This document shows, one piece after another, positions 49,008-57,039 of a stretch of DNA of 64,000 nt. A program made the translations under genes and the position numbers. The first letter of the stretch is position 1. Every line of letters begins with the position of its first letter. The stretch is from the NCBI GenBank assembly GCA_040386535.1, contig JAZKFH010000067.1, forward strand, positions 32,001 through 96,000, read 5' to 3'. The notes under the pieces are model-generated. The model was not told where the DNA came from. It made no database searches and saw nothing but the letters and a program-made list of their open reading frames with translations. This stretch comes from Myxococcota bacterium (GTDB lineage Bacteria; Myxococcota_A; UBA796; SXON01).

Positions 49008-49643
49008 ATGTCCACCATCCCCCGTATCGGCGATCCCGCTCCCGACTTCACCGCGAACACCACGCAGGGCCCCCTCACCTTCTCCGAGTGGCAGAACGGC
49101 AAGTGGGTGGTGTTCTTCTCGCACCCGGCCGACTTCACGCCCGTGTGCACGACCGAGCTCTCCGAGTTCTCGCGTCGCGCCCCCGAGTTCGAGGCCCGCA
49201 ACACCAAGCTCATCGGCCTCTCGATCGACTCGATCCACTCGCACCTCGCGTGGCTCGAGTCCATCGCCGCCAACATGGGGGTCGAGGTCCCCTTCCCCAT
49301 GATCGCCGACATCGACACCAAGGTGGCGCAGGCCTACGGCATGATCCACCCGGGCGAGAGCTCCACGGTGACCGTGCGCGCCGTGTTCGTCATCGACCCG
49401 AGCCGCACCGTCCGGGCCCTCATCTACTACCCGCTCACCAACGGCCGCAACATCGACGAGATCGTGCGCCTCATCGACAGCCTGCAGGCCGCCGCGGCGA
49501 ACGGCATCGCCACGCCCGCCAACTGGCGTCCCGGCGACAAGGTGATCGTGCCCCCCACGACCACCGTGGCCGCCCGCAAGGTGCGCCTCGCCGACGACAA
49601 GCTGGAGCACGTCGCCCCGTACATGGCCCTCAAGTCGATCTAG
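49008..49643 (+). CDS. peroxiredoxin, 1-Cys/Prx6 type
   Basis: FSHPADFTPVCTTE, YPLTNGRN, ATPANW. Confidence 0.95.
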   Translation: MSTIPRIGDPAPDFTANTTQGPLTFSEWQNGKWVVFFSHPADFTPVCTTELSEFSRRAPEFEARNTKLIGLSIDSIHSHLAWLESIAANMGVEVPFPMIADIDTKVAQAYGMIHPGESSTVTVRAVFVIDPSRTVRALIYYPLTNGRNIDEIVRLIDSLQAAAANGIATPANWRPGDKVIVPPTTTVAARKVRLADDKLEHVAPYMALKSI

Positions 49644-49671
49644 CGGCCCGCGCCCAGCACGAGCGCGGGCC

Positions 49672-51357
49672 CTACTGCGGGATGTTCCGGGAGCGGTTCA
49701 GCCCCTCCCGGTACTCCGCGTTCCCTGGCCCGAGCTCGAGCGCCTTGTTGTAGCAGTCGAGCGCCTCGCGCGCGGCGCCCTTCATGATGGCCATCTCGCC
49801 CTTCTTGGAGAGCATCTCAGCGCTCTGATCGATCTTGCTCTTCTCGATGATCGAGGCGCGGTACTCGCGGCGCTTCGCGTCCGTGGAGAGCACGGCGAAC
49901 GCCTCGTCCATCGCCGTGTTGATCTCGAGCAGCACCGCGCGGTGCTCCTCGCCGTTGCGCGTCGCGAGCTCCATGGGCCACTCGCCCTTGAGGCGCTTGT
50001 AGTGCGTCTCGACGTCGAGCGAGCTGCAGATCCAGTGGAGGTCGAGCCGCTCGAACAGGGTCTTGGCCCGGCTGTTCAACCGTCGTGACGCGAGGTCGGC
50101 AACGAACCGCTCCTTCTCGCGGACCCCCGACGACTCGGCCCGCATCTCGAGCAGGTTGAGGTCGTACAGGCACCACAGGGCCGAGGCGGTCTGCGAGCGC
50201 GAGAGGCTCGACACCGAGAAGATCTCCCGCAGCCGGTACGGCGTGCGCTGGATGATCTGCACGAACTGCTGCTCCTCGGCGGTCAGCTTCATCTCGTCGA
50301 AGGTGCGCTCGACCCCCGGCACGATCGCGACGTAGTGGTCCAGCCACGGGCGCAGGAGCGCGGCCAGCTCCTGTGCCGGCATCTCGCGCGTGTGCGTGAG
50401 CAGCGCCCGGTACAGGATTGAGGCCACGCGCAGCGGCGGGGTCAGGAAGCGCTCCGGGAGCTCGTCGAGCAGGTGGAAGGTCCACGTGCCCTCCCGCTCG
50501 CGCAGCGCGCGCTGGAGCACGAAGTCGGCCTGTTTCTGGAGCATCAGCACGAGCTGGGGGAACGTGCAGACGCCCATCTCGATGAGGGCCTCTCCCTGGC
50601 GGGACCCGGTGCGCTCCATGATCGCGAGCGACTCGGCGAGCTGCTCCTTCGTGAGGCTCCCGGCGCGGAACAGGAGCATGCCGAGCACCTCCTGCTCCTC
50701 GACCGGCTCGGTGCGCCACGCCACCGGCCCGCCCTTCGACCAGAACCCGTACCGCACCCGCCCGTCGGGACGCGTGAGCGACAACATGCCGGTCTGCTTC
50801 TCGACGGCCAGCGCCATGAGGGCGTCGCGCAAGGAGCGATCGACCAGGCTGCCCGACAGGCTGGGCGCCCCCACGGTGGGCACCCGGAGGCCACGAACCC
50901 GCGTCGCGGACGCCCCCGTCGAGGTCCCCTCCCCCCCGCCGCCGCCGAGCGCCACCCGGGCCTCGAGCTCGCGGATCCGCGCGCGCAGGCCGGCGACCTC
51001 CTCCGCGGACACGGGCGCCGTCGTGGTCGGCGGGACGAGCTGGCCCGACGTGACGAGCCAGCCCTTCACCTGCTCCGCGAGTCCGAGGAGCTGTTGGACC
51101 GCCGCGGTCACCTGGGGCGGCGTCTCGACGATGCGGAGGGCCACCCCCCCGTCGGGCATCGCGGCGACCACCTGGCCCACGAGGGGCCCCACCCGGCCCA
51201 CGACGGGGAGCACGAGGTCGACCTTGAGCTCGGGCGCCGGCTCGCCGTCGAGCGTGTGCCCGGGGAGCACGAGCGCGTTCACCCCGAGGGTCGACGGGTA
51301 CGCGACCAGGAAGGTGGTGAGGTCGGGGTAGCGGAGCGTCGCCTGGCGAATGGCCAT
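49672..51357 (-). CDS. DUF4388-like + J-like domain + TPR protein
   Basis: SGSL..SLRDALMALAVEKQTGML; EAFAVLSTDAKRREY; C-terminal ALDCYNKALEL TPR. Confidence 0.7.
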   Translation of the reverse strand: MAIRQATLRYPDLTTFLVAYPSTLGVNALVLPGHTLDGEPAPELKVDLVLPVVGRVGPLVGQVVAAMPDGGVALRIVETPPQVTAAVQQLLGLAEQVKGWLVTSGQLVPPTTTAPVSAEEVAGLRARIRELEARVALGGGGGEGTSTGASATRVRGLRVPTVGAPSLSGSLVDRSLRDALMALAVEKQTGMLSLTRPDGRVRYGFWSKGGPVAWRTEPVEEQEVLGMLLFRAGSLTKEQLAESLAIMERTGSRQGEALIEMGVCTFPQLVLMLQKQADFVLQRALREREGTWTFHLLDELPERFLTPPLRVASILYRALLTHTREMPAQELAALLRPWLDHYVAIVPGVERTFDEMKLTAEEQQFVQIIQRTPYRLREIFSVSSLSRSQTASALWCLYDLNLLEMRAESSGVREKERFVADLASRRLNSRAKTLFERLDLHWICSSLDVETHYKRLKGEWPMELATRNGEEHRAVLLEINTAMDEAFAVLSTDAKRREYRASIIEKSKIDQSAEMLSKKGEMAIMKGAAREALDCYNKALELGPGNAEYREGLNRSRNIPQ

Positions 51358-51367
51358 GCGCGCGATT

Positions 51368-52411
51368 CTACTCCTCCGCCCTCGCGGCCCCACGCGCCAG
51401 CCACTCCTCGACGGGGATCTTGCCGGAGCCATCCGGCAGATCGATCACGTAGGCGGGCAGGCCGATCCCGCTGGTGCGTGCGCGCAACGCGCGATGGAGC
51501 GCCACGCCGCGGAGGGGATCGACCCGGAAGTGCGCGTTCCCCGCCGCGTGATCGGGGTGGTGCAGGTAGTACGGGAACACCCGGAGCGCGACGAGGCGCT
51601 CGGAGAGGGCGGCGAGCACGTCCACATCGTCGTTCACGCCCGCGAGGAGCACGGCCTGGTTCAAGACGGGGATGCCCGCGTCGATCAGCATGCGGAGGGC
51701 GGTCTCGACGGGTGGGGTCAGCTCCGCGGCGTGGTTGGCGTGGACCAGCACCCAAACAGGCCCGCGCGCCGCCAGCCCCGCCACGAGCGCCGGGGTGACC
51801 CGGCTCGGGTAGGTGATCGGCGCGCGGGTGTGGATGCGGATCACGGGGATGGTGGCCCGGAGCGTGTCGATGGCGTCGAACAGGCGGGCGTCCGAGACCG
51901 CGAGCGGGTCGCCGCCCGAGAGGATGGCCTCGCGCGCGCCGCTGCCCGCGGCCCACGCCAGGAGCCGCGCCCACTCCTCCGGCGAGGGATCATCGGTGTC
52001 ACCGGGCTCGTGGTTCCGTCGGAAACAGTAGCGGCAGTACAGGTGGCAACGCTTGGTCAGGAGCAGGAGCACCCGGTCGGCATGCTTGCGCACCCCCCAC
52101 GGAACGGGGCTCCGGAGCGCGTCCCCGACGGGATCCTCGCAGTCGTCGGGCGCGGACACGCCCTCGCGCGCGTCGGGCAGGACCGTGAGCAGGCGAGGGT
52201 CGGCGGGGTCGGTTGCACCTTCTACGTAGGCACGCGGGATGTGCACGGGGAACGCCGCCGCCAGCCGTTCCCAATCCAACTCTCGGAGCCACGGCCAGCG
52301 CTCCAGGGCCTCCGGCCGCCCGACGAACGGACCGGGCGCTGGCGCCTTTCTTTCCGGGTGATAGAAGGCGGCCTCCGTAAGATTGCCCCTCCCCGCTGGA
52401 GCGAACCCCAT
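51368..52411 (-). CDS. epmB: KamA family radical SAM lysine 2,3-aminomutase (EF-P beta-lysylation)
   Basis: CHLYCRYCFRR, ILSGGDPL, RIHTR, NQAVLLAGVND, PYYLH; divergent from efp. Start uncertain (ATG 52411 or TTG 52279). Confidence 0.88.
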   Translation of the reverse strand: MGFAPAGRGNLTEAAFYHPERKAPAPGPFVGRPEALERWPWLRELDWERLAAAFPVHIPRAYVEGATDPADPRLLTVLPDAREGVSAPDDCEDPVGDALRSPVPWGVRKHADRVLLLLTKRCHLYCRYCFRRNHEPGDTDDPSPEEWARLLAWAAGSGAREAILSGGDPLAVSDARLFDAIDTLRATIPVIRIHTRAPITYPSRVTPALVAGLAARGPVWVLVHANHAAELTPPVETALRMLIDAGIPVLNQAVLLAGVNDDVDVLAALSERLVALRVFPYYLHHPDHAAGNAHFRVDPLRGVALHRALRARTSGIGLPAYVIDLPDGSGKIPVEEWLARGAARAEE

Positions 52412-52979
52412 GTACGAGACCTCCGACTTTCGCAATGGCTTGAAGATCGAGCTGGACGGCGATCCCTACACCATCGTCTACTTCCAGTTCGTCAAGCCCG
52501 GCAAAGGTACCGCGTTCACGCGCACCAAGCTCAAGAGCATTCTCTCGGGCTCCGTGATCGAGCGTACCTTCCGCTCGGGGGAGACCGTGGGCGAGGCGGA
52601 TGTCGAGGAACACCCCATGCAGTTCCTCTACAACAACGGCGAGACGTTCACCTTCATGAACACCGAGTCGTTCGAGCAGGTCGAGCTCGACGCGAAGCTC
52701 CTCGGGGACGACGCGAAGTTCCTCATGGAGAACCTCGACGTGCACGTGCTCTTCTACAAGGGCCGCGCGGTCAACATGACGCTCCCGAACTTCATCGAGA
52801 CCAAGGTCATGTGGACCGAGCCTGCGGTCAAGGGCAACACGTCCCAGGGCGTGCTCAAGATGGCGAAGCTCGAGTGCGGCGCCGAGATCCAGGTGCCCAT
52901 CTTCGTGAACGAAGGCGAGCTCCTCAAGGTCGACACGCGCGAGGGCGGCTCCTACGTCGGCCGGGTCAACACCAAGTAG
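52410..52979 (+). CDS. efp: elongation factor P
   Basis: FVKPGKGTAFTRTKLK, EPAVKGNT, VPIFVNEG, KVDTR. Confidence 0.97.
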   Translation: MYETSDFRNGLKIELDGDPYTIVYFQFVKPGKGTAFTRTKLKSILSGSVIERTFRSGETVGEADVEEHPMQFLYNNGETFTFMNTESFEQVELDAKLLGDDAKFLMENLDVHVLFYKGRAVNMTLPNFIETKVMWTEPAVKGNTSQGVLKMAKLECGAEIQVPIFVNEGELLKVDTREGGSYVGRVNTK

Positions 52980-53015
52980 CCAGCGTTGAAGGAGCCGAAC
53001 GGCTCGTTCGTCGAG

Positions 53016-53052
53016 AGAAGGCCCCCGTCACCCGGGGGCCTTCTTTGTTTTT
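53016..53052 (+). terminator. intrinsic terminator after efp
   Basis: AGAAGGCCCCC-GTCACCC-GGGGGCCTTCT stem followed by TTGTTTTT. Confidence 0.8.
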
Positions 53053-53174
53053 GCGGCGCGGTTCGAGATATGCGGAAGATAGTGTGAAGTAAGGGCGCCG
53101 CGGTTCGAAGAGAACCAGCGACGTTGCCGGTCAGGGGCTCCGTCTCTACCTGTAGTTCAACCATAGGTGCTCCC

Positions 53175-54269
53175 ATGCGCGGCAAAGCGTCGATACGTCC
53201 GAGCGAAGGCAACGTTGCTGTCACGCTCGCCTTGAGCCTCACGACGCTCCTCGGGTTCGCCGCCGTCACGATCGACATCAGCTACGGCCGCGTCGTCCAG
53301 CAGCAGCTGCAGAACGCGAGCGAAGCCGCCGCGCGCGCCGGCACCATGAAGCTGGACGGGACGGACGAGGGCCTCGTCGAGGCCCGTGCGACCGCGATCG
53401 CCGTGGCCGCGATGAACAACGCCGGGGGCGGGCCCGTCGCGGTTGCCGCTGCGGACGTGACCCTCGGCAGTTGGAACGACACCACGAGCACGTTCGTGGC
53501 GAGCGAGGACCCCGCCGTGGTCGACACCGTGGCCGTGCGCGCGCGGGTCGGCGGGCTCGACCTGTTCGTCTCGCCCGTGGCGTTCGGTCGCACGACGGTC
53601 CCGGTCTCCGCGGAGACACGCGTGAAGGTCGAGAAAGGCGGCGCCACCGCGGTCTCCTGCTTCCTCCCCCTCGCCATCCCCAGCTGCATCCTCGATCGGG
53701 AGGGGGTCGACGGCATCCAGGATCTCAAGCTCAAGCTGAACCCCGCCGGCGTCGACAACGTGGGCTGGGGCCGCCCGAACGGGCACCCGAACGCGAGCTG
53801 GGCGAAGGACCAGATCGGGGACTGCGAGGCCGAGGGCGAGGTCAAGATCGGCGATCCCATCGGCCTGAACAACGGCGTCTTGAGCTCCGCCATCAGCGAG
53901 CTCGACACCGAGATCGAGGCCTCCTCCACGCGCTGGTCGACCGCGAAGTGGGGAGCCCTCCCCAGTCGGCCGAGCACCAGCAAAATCGCGATCGGCAAGT
54001 ACGGGAACACCTACGAGGGCCCCATCCTGGTGTTCGACGGGGGGCCCGGGTACTGCACCGGCTCGGGCGGCGCCTTCAACCACGACGAGCCGCTCGTGGC
54101 GTTCTTGTGGGCCGCCGTCTACGACATCACGGGGAACGGCGCCAACACCAACCTCTCGATCCGCATCGACACGTCGAGCGACTACGACTACGGCACCGAG
54201 GGCGGCGGCAGCGGGCCCAACTACGGCGTCACCTTCAACGGAAGGCCCCGGTTGGTGCGCGGCGACTGA
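53175..54269 (+). CDS. TadG/TadE-like pilus assembly protein
   Basis: G|NVAVTLAL..LLGFAAVTIDISYG..QLQNASEAAARAG prepilin-like N-terminus. Confidence 0.8.
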   Translation: MRGKASIRPSEGNVAVTLALSLTTLLGFAAVTIDISYGRVVQQQLQNASEAAARAGTMKLDGTDEGLVEARATAIAVAAMNNAGGGPVAVAAADVTLGSWNDTTSTFVASEDPAVVDTVAVRARVGGLDLFVSPVAFGRTTVPVSAETRVKVEKGGATAVSCFLPLAIPSCILDREGVDGIQDLKLKLNPAGVDNVGWGRPNGHPNASWAKDQIGDCEAEGEVKIGDPIGLNNGVLSSAISELDTEIEASSTRWSTAKWGALPSRPSTSKIAIGKYGNTYEGPILVFDGGPGYCTGSGGAFNHDEPLVAFLWAAVYDITGNGANTNLSIRIDTSSDYDYGTEGGGSGPNYGVTFNGRPRLVRGD

Positions 54270-54287
54270 ACGGCGTACACGGGCGCC

Positions 54288-55145
54288 GTGACGCCCGTGA
54301 CCCTCCCCGCCGCGCTCCCGCCCCGCATCGACGCCGGCCGCCTGCGCCAACGCGCCGCGATCCTCCACGCCCTGCGCACGACGCTGCACGACACCGGCTT
54401 TCTCGAGGTCCAACCCCCCACGATCGTGGACGGGCCGGCGCTCGAGGAGACGCTGGAGCCCGTCCACGCGGACGGGCGGTATCTCCACACGAGCCCCGAG
54501 TTCGCGCTCAAGCGGGTGCTGGCCGCGGGCCTGCCGCGCATCTACAGCATCGTCCCGTGTTTCCGCGACGAGGAGTGGGGCACCCACCACGCGCGGGAGT
54601 TCACGATGTTGGAGCTCTACTTCGCGAACGCCGGCTACCTCGACCTCATCCCGGTCGTGGAGGGCCTGGTGGCCGCCTCCGCGCGCGCGATCGCCGTGCC
54701 GGCGCCCGTCTTCGAGCGGCGGACCGTGGAATCGCTGTTCGACGGGGACATTCCCGACGACGACGACACGTTCTTCCTCCGCTGGGTCGACCGGATCGAG
54801 CCGACGCTGACCGCGCCGACCTTCGTGCTCGACTACCCCGCGCGGCACGCGGCCCTCGCGGAGGTGCGCGGCGAGGTGTCCGAGCGCCTCGAGGTCTACC
54901 TCGGGGGGCTGGAGCTCGGGAACGGGTTCTCCGAGCTGCGCGACCCCGACGAGCTGCGCGCGCGCTTCCACACCTCGGCCGCGCGCCGCATCGCCGCCGG
55001 GCGCCGCCCCCATCCCGTCGACGAGGGCGTGATCGCCGCATCCGCGCACATGCCCCGCGCCGCCGGCATCGCCATCGGGGTCGATCGCCTCGTGATGGCC
55101 CTCACCGGCGAGCCGGACATCGCGCACGTCCAGGTCTCGCGGTAG
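54288..55145 (+). CDS. epmA: EF-P lysine aminoacylase EpmA (GenX/PoxA)
   Basis: YLHTSPEFALKRVLAAG, FRDEE..HH..EFTMLE, ELGNGFSELRD, GIAIGVDRL; no anticodon-binding domain. Confidence 0.92.
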   Translation: MTPVTLPAALPPRIDAGRLRQRAAILHALRTTLHDTGFLEVQPPTIVDGPALEETLEPVHADGRYLHTSPEFALKRVLAAGLPRIYSIVPCFRDEEWGTHHAREFTMLELYFANAGYLDLIPVVEGLVAASARAIAVPAPVFERRTVESLFDGDIPDDDDTFFLRWVDRIEPTLTAPTFVLDYPARHAALAEVRGEVSERLEVYLGGLELGNGFSELRDPDELRARFHTSAARRIAAGRRPHPVDEGVIAASAHMPRAAGIAIGVDRLVMALTGEPDIAHVQVSR

Positions 55146-55166
55146 AAGGGCGCCGCGGAGGGTGAG

Positions 55167-55895
55167 ATGGAACTCGAGGGCAAGATCGCCGTGGTCACCG
55201 GGGGGAGCCGAGGCATCGGCCGCGCCATCTCGTTGGAGCTCGGGCGCGCGGGCGCGTTCGTGCTGGTCAACTACCTCAAGAACGCGGACGCGGCCGAGCA
55301 GGTCGTGGCCGAGCTCGGCGGGCGCGGGCGCGCCATCCAGGCGGACGTGTCCACCCAGGCCGGCGTCGACGCGCTGATCGCGGCGGGCGAGGCCGCGGGC
55401 GGCATCGAGCTGCTCGTCAACAACGCGGGCATCACGCGGGACGGGCTGCTCCTGCGCATGAGCGACGAGGACTGGAACACGGTCATCGACACGAACCTCG
55501 GCTCGGTGTTCCGCTGCTGCCGCGGCGCGGCCCAACACATGCTCTCCCGCCGCCGCGGCGCCATCGTGAACCTCACGAGCATCAGCGGCATCCAGGGCAA
55601 CCCCGGCCAGAGCAACTACTCGGCGGCCAAGGCGGGAATCATCGCCTTCTCGCGCTCGATGGCCAAGGAGCTCGGCCGCCGGAACATCCGCGTGAACTGC
55701 GTGGCGCCGGGCTTCATCGACACCGACATGACCACGGCGCTCCCCTCGGAGCTGGTCGACGGCGTGAAGCAGATGATCCCGCTCCGCCGCCTCGGCAAGC
55801 CCGAGGAGATCGCGCCCATCGTGCGCTTCCTCCTCGGCCCCGGCGCGTCCTACGTCACCGGGCAGACCTTCGTGGTGGACGGTGGGCTGAGCTAA
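55167..55895 (+). CDS. fabG: 3-oxoacyl-ACP reductase
   Basis: [44 protein letters not shown]. Confidence 0.92.
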   Translation: MELEGKIAVVTGGSRGIGRAISLELGRAGAFVLVNYLKNADAAEQVVAELGGRGRAIQADVSTQAGVDALIAAGEAAGGIELLVNNAGITRDGLLLRMSDEDWNTVIDTNLGSVFRCCRGAAQHMLSRRRGAIVNLTSISGIQGNPGQSNYSAAKAGIIAFSRSMAKELGRRNIRVNCVAPGFIDTDMTTALPSELVDGVKQMIPLRRLGKPEEIAPIVRFLLGPGASYVTGQTFVVDGGLS

Positions 55896-55924
55896 CGGCC
55901 GGCCGCCCTTCGAAGGGGGACGGC

Positions 55925-56944
55925 CTACGGGAGCGCGGTCAGCTGGGGCACGAGCAGCGCGGTCAGCCGCGTGACGACTTCGGCCACGGGCGCCTGGAGC
56001 ACGACGCCCGCCGCCTTGGCGTGGCCGCCGCCCCCCGCGTCGAGCGAACGCGCGAGCGCCGCCACGTCCACGCGGCCGCTGGAGCGCAGCGAGAGCTTCA
56101 CCCGTGTCGGCGCGCGTTCGACGATCACCACCGCGAGATCGACCCCCTCGGTGTGCTGGAGCATGTCGACCACGCCCTCCAGATCGCCGTCGTTCGCGCC
56201 GACCTCTCGCATCATGGCGAGCGTGCACGTCGTCATCGCGAGCCGCCCGTTCGCCGGAAACGTGGCCTCCTGGAGCAGCCGGGCCATGAGGCGGAGCGCG
56301 GCGGGGCGGCGCTCGACCAGCACCTTGAGCATGATGCGCGCGTGGTCGATGCCGGTCTCGAGGAGCTCGGCCGCGAGGCGATGGGTGGACGCGGCGGTGT
56401 TCGAGTACCGGAAGCCGCCGGTGTCGAAGATGATCCCCACGTACAGCAGCGTGGCGAGGTCGGCGTCGAGCGGGACAGCCCACGCCTTCGCCAAGGCGCT
56501 GACCATGCCGCAGGTGCTCTCGGCGGTGGGGTCAAAATACGCCACGTCGTAGCCGCCGAGATCGGTCGACCGGTGGTGGTCGATGATGCCCGTCCAACGG
56601 GCGCCGGCGAACGCGCGGGTCACCTCGGGGCACAGCCGGGTCTTGTCTCCGTCGAGCACGACCACGCCGTCGTACGCGCCCACCGCCGTGTCCGGCACCA
56701 TCGCCGCGGCCCCGGGGAGCCAGCCGTACCGGTGCCCGGGCACCCCCGCCACGTCGACCCGCACACCGGGGGCGGTCACCTCCAGCAGCCGTTGGAGCGC
56801 GATGCACGCGCCGATGCTGTCCCCATCGGGACCCTCGGGGCCCGTCAGGAGCACCGATGTGCTCTGCCGCACGCGGTCGAGCAGCGCAACTTCGATCCGC
56901 CCGACCATCTGTTCGACCGACTGCTCGACCAACTTCTCGACCAT
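55925..56944 (-). CDS. DHH/DHHA1 phosphoesterase (NrnA-like)
   Basis: PDGDSIG, IDHH, DTGGFRY, SLRS, GGGGHAKAAG. Confidence 0.92.
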   Translation of the reverse strand: MVEKLVEQSVEQMVGRIEVALLDRVRQSTSVLLTGPEGPDGDSIGACIALQRLLEVTAPGVRVDVAGVPGHRYGWLPGAAAMVPDTAVGAYDGVVVLDGDKTRLCPEVTRAFAGARWTGIIDHHRSTDLGGYDVAYFDPTAESTCGMVSALAKAWAVPLDADLATLLYVGIIFDTGGFRYSNTAASTHRLAAELLETGIDHARIMLKVLVERRPAALRLMARLLQEATFPANGRLAMTTCTLAMMREVGANDGDLEGVVDMLQHTEGVDLAVVIVERAPTRVKLSLRSSGRVDVAALARSLDAGGGGHAKAAGVVLQAPVAEVVTRLTALLVPQLTALP

Positions 56945-57039
56945 GGGGGTTCCCGCGAACCCACAAGCCTATTGCAGCCGCCTCTTCGCGCAAGCGCGCC
57001 CGGTTGCGATGAGCCGGAATCGGGATAAATAGGCCCCCT

